The position numbers and the translations under genes were made by a program. Positions 8,196-16,379 of a stretch of DNA of 64,000 nucleotides are shown one piece after another; position 1 is the first letter of the stretch; each line of letters begins with the position of its first letter. Where the stretch lies: NCBI GenBank assembly GCA_942491115.1, contig CALNZV010000020.1, positions 512,524 through 576,523 on the forward strand, read 5' to 3'. Below the pieces are notes generated by a model. It saw only the letters and a program-made list of their open reading frames with translations, did not search any database and was not told where the DNA came from. The DNA is from an uncultured Desulfobacteraceae bacterium. GTDB lineage: Bacteria > Desulfobacterota > Desulfobacteria > Desulfobacterales > UBA5852.

Positions 8196-9419
8196 ATGTC
8201 TTCTTTTTCAAACGCCGAAAAGCAACTACTGACCGTGACCAGTTTCGGTCACTTCATGAGTCACTTCAACATGCTGACATTCCCCGCCCTGGCCATTCCA
8301 CTTGCCGGGGGACTGGACTTGCCCCTGGCCGAGGTCATGGGCCTGTCCTTTCCCATGTACCTGCTGTTCGGCCTAACCGCTCTCCCCTGGGGAATGATAG
8401 GAGACCGCTGGCGATCCGATCGTCTCATGGTCGTCTTCTTTCTCGGTGCTGGAATGGGGGGATTGGGTGCCGCTGTATTTATGGAATCACCGACGATGAT
8501 CGCCGCATCCCTTGGGGTGGTGGGCCTGTTTTCCGGCATTTACCACCCCATCGGGCTGGGAATGATCTCAAAGGGCGTGACACGCATCAGCGTTGCCATG
8601 GGCATCAACGGGATGTTCGGAAATCTGGGGTTGGCCATGGCACCGCTCCTGGCCGGCGTTGCCAATTGGATCTGGGGGCCAAGGGCGGCCTTTTTGATTC
8701 TGGCTGCCTTCAATTTCGCGGGAGCCCTCTGGGCCGCCAGGCTGCCCCATGGGACACCGCCGACCCGATCGGCATCAGTGGCCGAATCCCCGAACGGAAG
8801 CGGGCGTCAGGCCTTCGTGATCCTCCTGATGGCAATGATGCTGGGGGGAATCGTCTATCGGGGAGCCACTCTGACGACCCCCCCATTGCTGGAAATGAAC
8901 CTTCAAGGACTTCACCAGATGTTGACGCCTTTTGCCGGAGCCGCCCTGACCCCGAATCTGGAGGCCACCATCATCACCTCGGGTATTTTTCTGGTGGGAA
9001 TGATCGGTCAGTACACCGGCGGCAGGATGGCTGAACGGTTCGATCCCCGCTGGTGTTATTTGCTGTTTCACGCCTCCGCCCTTCCCATGGCGTTCATGAT
9101 GGCGAGGACCGCCGATCTGGGCCTGGTATCGGCTGCCGTGGTCTATTTTTTCTTTCTGCTCGGCATGCAGCCCGCGGAAAACACCTTGTTGGCCCGTCTG
9201 ACGCCGAAGCGTCTCCACCACTCGGCTTTCGGCGTCAAATTCGTTCTGACCTTCGGTGTCGGGGCCCTTGCCGTCAAAATGGTCGAAGCCATCGAGACGG
9301 CGCTCGATCTGGGTGCGGTGTTCATGGCCCTCGGCATCGGTTCAACCCTCCTGGTTGCCGTGATCCTGCTGCTCATCCGTCGAACAACCTCCGCGGTCGA
9401 TACCGTCGCAGCCAGTTGA
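8196..9419 (+). CDS. MFS transporter
   Basis: 407 aa from the ATG at 8196 (MSSFSNAEKQLLTVTSFGHFMSHF...). About 12 hydrophobic segments. The upstream part of the ORF (7950-8195, TTG start) looks non-coding. Confidence 0.85.
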   Translation: MSSFSNAEKQLLTVTSFGHFMSHFNMLTFPALAIPLAGGLDLPLAEVMGLSFPMYLLFGLTALPWGMIGDRWRSDRLMVVFFLGAGMGGLGAAVFMESPTMIAASLGVVGLFSGIYHPIGLGMISKGVTRISVAMGINGMFGNLGLAMAPLLAGVANWIWGPRAAFLILAAFNFAGALWAARLPHGTPPTRSASVAESPNGSGRQAFVILLMAMMLGGIVYRGATLTTPPLLEMNLQGLHQMLTPFAGAALTPNLEATIITSGIFLVGMIGQYTGGRMAERFDPRWCYLLFHASALPMAFMMARTADLGLVSAAVVYFFFLLGMQPAENTLLARLTPKRLHHSAFGVKFVLTFGVGALAVKMVEAIETALDLGAVFMALGIGSTLLVAVILLLIRRTTSAVDTVAAS

Positions 9420-9431
9420 AAGGCCTCCCCA

Positions 9432-10277
9432 ATGAACGACCGCTCATTGCCGATGGATGGATCGCAGACCGTGAGGGATTTGACGGGCGTCATCTTCGAC
9501 ATCAAAAAATTCGCCATTCACGACGGCCCCGGCATCCGAACCACCGTGTTTCTGAAGGGGTGCCCCATGACCTGCCATTGGTGCCACAATCCGGAGGGGC
9601 AGCGGCCCGACCCTGAACCGGTTCCCTGCCCCGGCCCGGCCCCTGGACCGGAAATGGCTACGGAAACCGTCATCGGCCGCCGGGTGCGCGCCGGAGACGT
9701 TCTCGCCGAAATCGAAAAAGACCGCCTTTTCTACGATGAAAGCGGCGGAGGTGCCACCTTTTCAGGAGGCGAGCCTCTGATGCAGCCCGATTTCCTTGAA
9801 GCGCTTCTCGACGGCTGTCGATCCGCATCGATCCACACGGTGGTGGACACCACGGGCTGCGTCCCTGCCCGCGTCTTGATGAGGATTATGGGTAAAGTGG
9901 ATTTGTTTCACTACGATATGAAACTGATGGACAGCCACATCCATCGGCGATTTACCGGTGTGCCGGTCGAGCCGGTTCTCGATAACCTCCAACGGCTGTC
10001 GGCTGCCGGCCGGCCTGTCGTCATCCGTTTTCCGTTGGTGCCGGGCGTCACCGACGACGACGACAACCTGACGGCCATTTCCGACTGGCTCCGTTCACTG
10101 CCGACGCCGCCCGTCCGGCTCGATGTGCTTCCCTTCCACCATCTGCATGCCGGCAAATACGCCCGTCTGGGCCGACGGGACCCCATGGTCTGCACCGACG
10201 GGGCATCGGCCGAGGAGGCCAGATCCGCCGCCGATTTTTTCAGAACCGACGGTTTCACCGTTACCATTGGAGGATGA
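9432..10277 (+). CDS. glycyl-radical enzyme activating protein (radical SAM)
   Basis: 281 aa. DGPGIRTTVFLKGCPMTCHWCHNPE (CX3CX2C). GGGATFSGGEPL motif. Stop overlaps the GRE start (ATGA 10274-10277). No ferredoxin-like CX2CX2CX3C insert is present. Confidence 0.9.
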   Translation: MNDRSLPMDGSQTVRDLTGVIFDIKKFAIHDGPGIRTTVFLKGCPMTCHWCHNPEGQRPDPEPVPCPGPAPGPEMATETVIGRRVRAGDVLAEIEKDRLFYDESGGGATFSGGEPLMQPDFLEALLDGCRSASIHTVVDTTGCVPARVLMRIMGKVDLFHYDMKLMDSHIHRRFTGVPVEPVLDNLQRLSAAGRPVVIRFPLVPGVTDDDDNLTAISDWLRSLPTPPVRLDVLPFHHLHAGKYARLGRRDPMVCTDGASAEEARSAADFFRTDGFTVTIGG

Positions 10278-12646
10278 ACCCGATGACACCGAGAATCCAG
10301 CAGCTTCGACGGGCCAGTCTGGAGGCCCCTGCATCCATCTCCCGGGAGAGGGCACAGCTCGCCACGGGATTCATGAAAGGGGCCGAAGGGGCCGGCGACG
10401 CGATTCCCGTCATGCGGGCCAAACTCTTCAGGCACATCCTCGAGCACAAGTCCATCTGGATCGGCGACGGGGAACTCATCGTGGGGGAAAGGGGTCCCAT
10501 GCCGAAGGCGACACCCACCTACCCCGAGATCTGTCTCCACACCATCGACGACCTTGACACCCTCGCCTCCAGGGAGAAGGTGGCATTCGCCGTGGACGAT
10601 GGGGTGAAGCAGGCCTATGAGGAAACGATCATTCCCTACTGGCAAGGGAAGACCATCCGGGAGAAGATTTTCTCCTCTGTGCCGAAAGCCTGGATCGACG
10701 CCTACGATGCCGGTGTATTCACCGAATTTCAAGAGCAGCGCTCACCCGGGCACACCGTGCTGGGCGACAAGATTTACCGCCATGGATTCCTTTATATGAT
10801 CCAAGAGATCAGGGCAACAGTGGCCGCCCTGGATTTCGTGAACGACCCGAGAGCCCTCGACCGCAGAGACGAACTTCAGGCCATGGAAATCGCCGCCGGG
10901 GGGCTCATCGCCTTTGCCGGTCGGTATGCCGATGCCCTGGCTGCGCGGGCTGCTGAAGAGACCGATGTCCAACGGGCTGACGAGTTGTCGACGATGGCCC
11001 TTATCTGCCGCAACGTACCCGCCCGGGCGCCCGAGACCTTCTGGGAAGCCCTTCAGTACTACTGGTTCGTCCACTTGGGGGTCATCACCGAGCTCAATCC
11101 CTGGGATGCCTTCAATCCCGGGCGGCTCGACCAGCACCTGTATCCGTTCTACCGGCGGGAGATCGACGCGGGAACCCTCGATCGTGAGAGCGCCAGGGAA
11201 CTGCTACAGGCCTTCTGGATCAAGTTCAACAATCACCCCGCCCCGCCCAAGGTCGGGATTACGGCCAAGGAAAGCAACACCTACGTGGACTTCGCCCTGA
11301 TCAATATCGGCGGCGTCCGACCCGACGGCGCCGATGCCGTCAACGACTTGTCCTACCTGATGCTCGAGGTGGTTGAAGAGATGCGGCTGCTGCAGCCAAG
11401 CGCCATGGTGCAGTTGAGCAAAAAAAACCCGGATCGTTTCCTCAAGCGGGCCCTTTCCATCATCAAAACCGGTTTCGGTCAGCCGTCCCTGTTCAACACC
11501 GACGGCATTATCCAGCAGTTGACGGGCCAGGGGAAACGCATCGAGGATGCCCGCTGCGGCGGGGCCAGCGGTTGCGTCGAAAGCGGGGCCTTCGGCAAGG
11601 AATGCTATATTCTGACGGGGTATTTCAACCTGCCGAAGATCCTTGAACTCACCCTTCACAACGGCCTGGATCCCCGAACCGGCCGGCAAATCGGCCCTGA
11701 AACCGGAGACCCACGCTCCTTCGACAGCTTCGCCGCCGTTATGGAGGCGTTTTCACGTCAGCTCCGCCATTTCATCGACATCAAGATCCGGGGAAACAAT
11801 ATCATCGAGAGGATCAACGCGAAGTACATGCCGGTCCCCTTTCTCAGCCTGTTGATCGACGATTGTATATCCAGGGGCCTGGACTACAACGAGGGGGGCG
11901 CCCGGTACAACACATCCTATATCCAAGGGGTGGGGCTGGGCACCCTGACCGACAGCCTGTCCTCGATCCGCACCCATGTATTCGAGCGGGGCGTGCTGAC
12001 CATGGGGGAATTGCTGGCATTGCTGGAATCGGATTTCGACGGCAGTGAGGCACTGCGACGTCGTTTTCTCGAAAACACGCCACGCTACGGCAATGATGAC
12101 GACGGGGCCGACGACCTGCTATCCGAAATCTTCGAGCAGTTTCACGGAGCGGTGGACGGACGCCCCAACACCAAGGGGGGGCACCACCGGATCAATCTAC
12201 TTCCCACGACTAGCCACGTCTATTTCGGCAGCCTCCTTGGCGCCACGCCCGACGGGCGGCAATCGGGCGCCCCTCTGTCGGAAGGCATCTCACCCGTGCA
12301 GGGCGCCGACCGCAGGGGGCCGACGGCGGTGTTGAAATCCGCCGCCAAAATCGATCACCTCCGCACCGGGGGGACGCTGTTGAACCAGAAGTTCACCCCG
12401 ACGATTCTCGAGGACGATGCCGGCATCGACCGACTGGCAAGCTTGGTTCGAACCTATTTCCGGATGGATGGACATCACATTCAGTTCAATGTGGTGGATG
12501 CCGACACCCTCAGGCGTGCCCAGTCGGAGCCCGAGAACTACCGCGATCTGATCGTCCGGGTGGCGGGCTATAGCGACTATTTTGTCGATCTGACGCCCGA
12601 ACTTCAGGAAGAAATCATCGGCAGAACTGCCCATTCGGTTATCTGA
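10274..12646 (+). CDS. hypD: glycyl radical enzyme, trans-4-hydroxy-L-proline dehydratase (HypD)-like
   Basis: 790 aa. Glycyl radical motif RVAGYSDYF near the C-terminus. Thiyl loop GGASGCVESG (Cys-x-Glu, eliminase type, not the PFL Cys-Cys). Length and residues at 160, 278, 434, 436, 450, 645 and 765 coincide with the HypD residues as I recall them. Alternative start at ATG 10283 (GGAGG at 10269-10273). Confidence 0.7.
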   Translation: MNPMTPRIQQLRRASLEAPASISRERAQLATGFMKGAEGAGDAIPVMRAKLFRHILEHKSIWIGDGELIVGERGPMPKATPTYPEICLHTIDDLDTLASREKVAFAVDDGVKQAYEETIIPYWQGKTIREKIFSSVPKAWIDAYDAGVFTEFQEQRSPGHTVLGDKIYRHGFLYMIQEIRATVAALDFVNDPRALDRRDELQAMEIAAGGLIAFAGRYADALAARAAEETDVQRADELSTMALICRNVPARAPETFWEALQYYWFVHLGVITELNPWDAFNPGRLDQHLYPFYRREIDAGTLDRESARELLQAFWIKFNNHPAPPKVGITAKESNTYVDFALINIGGVRPDGADAVNDLSYLMLEVVEEMRLLQPSAMVQLSKKNPDRFLKRALSIIKTGFGQPSLFNTDGIIQQLTGQGKRIEDARCGGASGCVESGAFGKECYILTGYFNLPKILELTLHNGLDPRTGRQIGPETGDPRSFDSFAAVMEAFSRQLRHFIDIKIRGNNIIERINAKYMPVPFLSLLIDDCISRGLDYNEGGARYNTSYIQGVGLGTLTDSLSSIRTHVFERGVLTMGELLALLESDFDGSEALRRRFLENTPRYGNDDDGADDLLSEIFEQFHGAVDGRPNTKGGHHRINLLPTTSHVYFGSLLGATPDGRQSGAPLSEGISPVQGADRRGPTAVLKSAAKIDHLRTGGTLLNQKFTPTILEDDAGIDRLASLVRTYFRMDGHHIQFNVVDADTLRRAQSEPENYRDLIVRVAGYSDYFVDLTPELQEEIIGRTAHSVI

Positions 12647-12686
12647 AGAGGCGCGGGGTTGGCCCGACGAACGCCCCAGGAATGGC

Positions 12687-13679
12687 TCATTGGGCGGCCC
12701 TCTTTCGGGATAAAACGGCCTCAAGGGTTTCCTCGAACACCCCTGCCATGGGCCCGCCTTGTTCCACGGCCATTCGGGCGGCAGTTAACGCCTCGTCGAG
12801 ACGGTTCATGGACATGAGCACATGGGCCAGGTTGTTGCAGCCCGGGGCATAGGGGGGCACCTGACGGCACAGACGGTCGAATACCACGGCGGCATCGGCT
12901 TCGAGACCAGCGCCGTATAGGCTGTTGCCCAGGCCCATGCGGGCTTGAGGACTGTCAGGCCATCGATCTAAAGCCAACCGATAGCCTGCCGACGCAGCTT
13001 CCCATTGCCCCGCCTGCTCCAGGGCCGCGACGGCCCGCAAAACGGCCGGGGGGTCTCCGGAGGCCGGCAGCCGGCCTGGCGGCAGAACCACCAGCCCCCA
13101 GAAATCCGCCAGTCCCCAGGTAAAACGAAACCGATCCAGGGATTGCGCCTCCGGGCGCTGCCGTCCGCTGTGCAGCCAGATCCGTCCGGCTTCCGGATCG
13201 ATACCCACCACCACCGAATAGTGCCAGGCGGAAACCAGCCCCCCCCCACGATCCTCCAATACGATCACCGGATGTCCTCCCTCGAGCTCGCCATAGAGCG
13301 CGTCCATCCCGGAAATGGGATAGGCGAGCCTCCCGTATCGGCGGGCGGCGCCCGTCATGTCGGACTGAAAGGACCCTTTGCGTCCCGGTGTATACACCAA
13401 TGGAACCAGCAGATCCGGGGAGATGGCCCGTCCCCCCCATGCCATCACCATGGCCAGGGCGGCCGGCCCACACTGGTAACGATCCTGCACGATGACCGGC
13501 ACCCCTTCAATCCATAGGGCCGGCCGTCCCTCCAGGATCGGGGGCTGACGCCACCCGGTACAGCCTGCCAATAGAATGACGAAGAGAAGGAAAGAGCGGC
13601 GGCTCCAACATCGCCTGCGTTTCGAAATCAGTCCTGGTGAGGTATTCGGATGCCGGGTCTCGACAAGATCTGGAACCAT
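12687..13679 (-). CDS. PA2778-type cysteine peptidase (C39-like) with C-terminal TPR, lipoprotein
   Basis: 330 aa from the ATG at 13679. Lipobox LLFVILLAGC. QDRYQCGPAALAMVMAW (papain-like Cys) and WHYSVVVG (His). TPR-like C-terminal part. The annotated 515-aa ORF is an artificial 5' extension. Confidence 0.7.
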   Translation of the reverse strand: MVPDLVETRHPNTSPGLISKRRRCWSRRSFLLFVILLAGCTGWRQPPILEGRPALWIEGVPVIVQDRYQCGPAALAMVMAWGGRAISPDLLVPLVYTPGRKGSFQSDMTGAARRYGRLAYPISGMDALYGELEGGHPVIVLEDRGGGLVSAWHYSVVVGIDPEAGRIWLHSGRQRPEAQSLDRFRFTWGLADFWGLVVLPPGRLPASGDPPAVLRAVAALEQAGQWEAASAGYRLALDRWPDSPQARMGLGNSLYGAGLEADAAVVFDRLCRQVPPYAPGCNNLAHVLMSMNRLDEALTAARMAVEQGGPMAGVFEETLEAVLSRKRAAQ

Positions 13680-13774
13680 CCGAAAGCAGACAGGCGTCGT
13701 GGAGGGGGCCATCTGGGGAACCTTCCCAGCCCCCCCGGTCATGATCCCGAAGGGGTCTGGAGAATGGGTAGGGA

Positions 13775-14185
13775 TTAGATTCGTTTCACGAAGGGAAAGA
13801 TCTCGGTATAGCCAAGAATATCCGTGACCAAGAGCACCAGAAAAACAATGAGCGACGCGCCGACGATGATCCCGAGAGTACCCCCGCCAGCGGGCATCTG
13901 ATCGATCCGACGGTTGATCTCCCGAACCTCGGTATCCGTTAGCGCGGCGACCCTCGCCCCGGCCTCGTCCGGGGAAATCCCTTGGGAGGAGAGAATATTC
14001 CGAACATCTTCCCGGTTCAAAAAGTCCTGGATCCTGCCACGCTCTGGGGCCTGAAGATCGCTTTCGAGGCAGCTGTCGGTGCCGATCATACGGGCATGGG
14101 CCACCGGTGCGGCCACCTGGGTGGCGCATACGGCGGCAACTAGAAAAATGGCTATCGCTTTGGTGAGGGCCTTGATGGATGGCAT
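13775..14185 (-). CDS. PA2779-type small protein (signal peptide plus C-terminal TM)
   Basis: 136 aa. GAGGAG RBS. Signal MPSIKALTKAIAIFLVAAVCATQVAAPVAHA. C-terminal TM GIIVGASLIVFLVLLVTDILG. Located directly upstream of the PA2778-type peptidase. Confidence 0.6.
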   Translation of the reverse strand: MPSIKALTKAIAIFLVAAVCATQVAAPVAHARMIGTDSCLESDLQAPERGRIQDFLNREDVRNILSSQGISPDEAGARVAALTDTEVREINRRIDQMPAGGGTLGIIVGASLIVFLVLLVTDILGYTEIFPFVKRI

Positions 14186-14309
14186 AGGCAGTCTCCTCTG
14201 GTTGGGGTGAGGGCAATGACGCCTTTGGCGCCAAAAAGTGGCCATACAGGGCCTCGATACCGGCGACGGGGTCGGAAACAGCACTGGATGGTCCGGCCCA
14301 TGCACCGCG

Positions 14310-14639
14310 TCAATCAATGGGTTTCCGAGAACGAACGGCATCTGAAACCCAGTCGAGGAAATCAGGATTCCCTCCCTCGATAGGGAGAGCGACGATGCAG
14401 GGGCAATCGTAGCTGTGGAGCCGTTTGACCGCGGCAACAAGATCCGGCAGGCGCTCCGTCGTCGTTTTGGCGATAAGCACCGCCTCCTGATCCTCCTGGA
14501 GTTCGCCATCCCAGACATAGAGACTTTCCATGCCGTCGATCAAATTCACACAGGCGGCAAGGTTTTCTGTAACCAGAAACCGTCCGATACGCCTGGCCTC
14601 ATCCAAGGTGCCGGCCGTCATGTAAACCCACTGGATCAT
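14310..14639 (-). CDS. cutA: divalent-cation tolerance protein CutA
   Basis: 109 aa. LAACVNLI...SLYVWDGELQEDQEAVLIAKTT...HSYDCPCIVALPI is a typical CutA1 pattern. AGGAGA RBS. Confidence 0.85.
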   Translation of the reverse strand: MIQWVYMTAGTLDEARRIGRFLVTENLAACVNLIDGMESLYVWDGELQEDQEAVLIAKTTTERLPDLVAAVKRLHSYDCPCIVALPIEGGNPDFLDWVSDAVRSRKPID

Positions 14640-14743
14640 TGGGGTGTCTCCTGTCTCGATGTTCAGGGCTGCTAAAGACTCGGCAGCGGGCCTGCCATCG
14701 GCGATCCCCGTATCCTAGTCGGCTGGCTGAACCATTCTCCGGC

Positions 14744-14932
14744 TCAGCCGGAGCGACCGTCGTCACAGGGAGCGTCCTCTGAGTCGTACCGGGAGTGCTC
14801 CGCCCCCGACGCCTGGCAGACCGGAAGCGGCTCCGTTATGCGCATCTGCCGCCCACAGCATTCGGGCGGGCCGTTCGCTCCCGGGGCTGAGTCCACCGTT
14901 TTCTCACAATGGTCGCATTGGTAGTGGTTCAT
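14744..14932 (-). CDS. desulforedoxin-like Cys-rich mini-protein
   Basis: 62 aa from the ATG at 14932 (GGAGGA 4 nt upstream). YQCDHCEK...ECCGRQM matches the CxxC...CC desulforedoxin-type Fe(Cys)4 spacing. Acidic tail with two more Cys. Confidence 0.5.
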   Translation of the reverse strand: MNHYQCDHCEKTVDSAPGANGPPECCGRQMRITEPLPVCQASGAEHSRYDSEDAPCDDGRSG

Positions 14933-15403
14933 CGAATCCTCCATTGCATCACCGATGCGGGGAAAAGCACCGTAACTGGTAGTGATAGTAACGAAAACCC
15001 TTCTGATTGTAAAGCATATAGGAGCGGCCGACCCGCCGATGTGAGACCGCGGTCGCCTGACCGTTCCCATAGGGCGGGCGCGGATTCCGACGGTTATGAG
15101 GCCCCTCCCGATGGGCTCGAAGGGACCCCGACGTCGTCCGATGCCGACATCAGTGAGCGCCGGCCTTGCATTTCCATCTTGTTCGAAGCGGCCATTTTGG
15201 CGTATGGGAAAGGGACGGGAACGATCCTTCCGACGTCAGCAGGCGGCTGGGCCCCGGGTCGGGGTGGCCGTGGAAAAGAACGCGAACCGTCTCCGGGGAA
15301 AATCGAGGGTCGGGGCTCCATTTGCCATCAAGAGCCCAGCTGCCGGACAAGGCACGGGTCAAAACGATTCTGCCCACAGCAGGCAACAGAAAGGGGGACA
15401 CCA

Positions 15404-15835
15404 GTGATCACCGGTAAACCGTTGGACCGTCTTCAGGTGGGCGAACAGGCGGAGTTGGCCAAAACCATCAGTGAAACCGATATCTACCTCTTTGCGGGGA
15501 TTACGGGGGATTTCAACCCGGCCCACATCAATGAAGCCTATGCCGCGAAAACCGCCTTCAAATCCCGTATCGCCCACGGCCTGCTGCCCGCAGGGTTGAT
15601 ATCCGCCGTTCTCGCCAATCAACTGCCGGGACCCGGCACCGTATACATCGCACAGGAACTTCGATTTCTGGCACCGGTGTATGTGGGTGACACGATCACC
15701 GCCCGGGTGGAGGTCATCGATATCGATCGGGGGAAAAAACGGGTACGCTTGAAAACCAGCTGCCACAATCAGAGCGGCACCACCGTCATCGACGGCGAGG
15801 CCACGGTCAGCCCCCCCCGCCCCGTCAGGGAGTAG
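15404..15835 (+). CDS. phaJ: MaoC-like (R)-specific enoyl-CoA hydratase
   Basis: 143 aa from the GTG at 15404 (AAGGGGGA RBS). FAGITGDFNPAHINEAYAAKTAFKSRIAHG hot-dog hydratase motif. Adjacent to PHA genes. The long ORF from 14909 is an artificial extension. Confidence 0.8.
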   Translation: MITGKPLDRLQVGEQAELAKTISETDIYLFAGITGDFNPAHINEAYAAKTAFKSRIAHGLLPAGLISAVLANQLPGPGTVYIAQELRFLAPVYVGDTITARVEVIDIDRGKKRVRLKTSCHNQSGTTVIDGEATVSPPRPVRE

Positions 15836-16379
15836 GTTCCGACGGTTCCGGGTCGTCCCCATCGCCGGCGTCGCTCTGCCCGGTATCCGCCGAGGCCGGT
15901 GTTCGATCCTCGAGGTATTCACCGAAGGCCCGGACCAGATCGCCAAATTGGCGGGTCTGATTTTCGGTCAGCTCTTTCAGGGCTTCCATGGTCGTCGACT
16001 GAACATCGCCCTCACCGGTAACCACACCGCTCAGGTAACGAATCATCCGCGCCTGCTCCTCATTTTCTTTTCGGAGCGCATCCCGCTCCTCCTCAAGGCG
16101 GCGGTAGTCGTTGAGGGGAACGGCCCCCACCATCTGGAGCCAGCCCTCATAGGCTGCCTGGAAATCCGTCATGCCCGGTGGCAGGGGATCGGCCTCCGCG
16201 CTGCGCTGCCCCTCATTGCCCGGTGTCAACCGATAGGTTTGTCGAAACATTTCGGCCAGCCCGTCAGCGCTCGCCACACCGCCTCTGAACCACTTCGTCA
16301 TCTCATCGATCTGGGTCTGGCCCCGTGCCGCATTGATAAACAGATTTCCGATGAACTCCAAAAATCTCGGATCCATCAT
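15825..16379 (-). CDS. PHA synthase-associated coiled-coil protein (PhaE-like or class IV PhaR-like partner, tentative)
   Basis: 184 aa. Start overlaps the phaC stop (ATGA at 16376-16379). Central heptad-like segment (YRRLEEERDALRKENEEQARMIRYL) and an acidic Pro-rich tail. Confidence 0.5.
   Translation of the reverse strand: MMDPRFLEFIGNLFINAARGQTQIDEMTKWFRGGVASADGLAEMFRQTYRLTPGNEGQRSAEADPLPPGMTDFQAAYEGWLQMVGAVPLNDYRRLEEERDALRKENEEQARMIRYLSGVVTGEGDVQSTTMEALKELTENQTRQFGDLVRAFGEYLEDRTPASADTGQSDAGDGDDPEPSEPTP

Noticed and set aside
10274-12646. Calling the GRE a pyruvate formate-lyase, choline TMA-lyase or isethionate sulfite-lyase
   Set aside because: The thiyl loop is GCVE (single Cys plus Glu), not the PFL Cys-Cys dyad. 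The 790-aa length and the residues at the positions I recall fit HypD better than CutC or IslA, which are longer (about 830-850 aa). This still needs a proper alignment.
13680-14234. N-terminal 185 codons of the 515-aa ORF 12687-14234 (and analogous 5' extensions of ORFs at 7950, 14909, 16376-18028, 33269-34006, 42366-44165 and 55480-57018)
   Set aside because: The extensions overlap other better-supported genes or lack protein-like sequence. Internal starts with good RBSs followed by signal peptides or canonical N-termini explain the genes better.
14945-15403. About 460-nt GC-rich gap between the desulforedoxin-like gene and phaJ, checked for tmRNA, RNase P and 6S RNA
   Set aside because: No tRNA-like 3' end (..TCCACCA), no GGAAAGTCCGG RNase P core and no tag-ORF were found. 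I cannot support any RNA call by eye. It is left as unexplained non-coding DNA.
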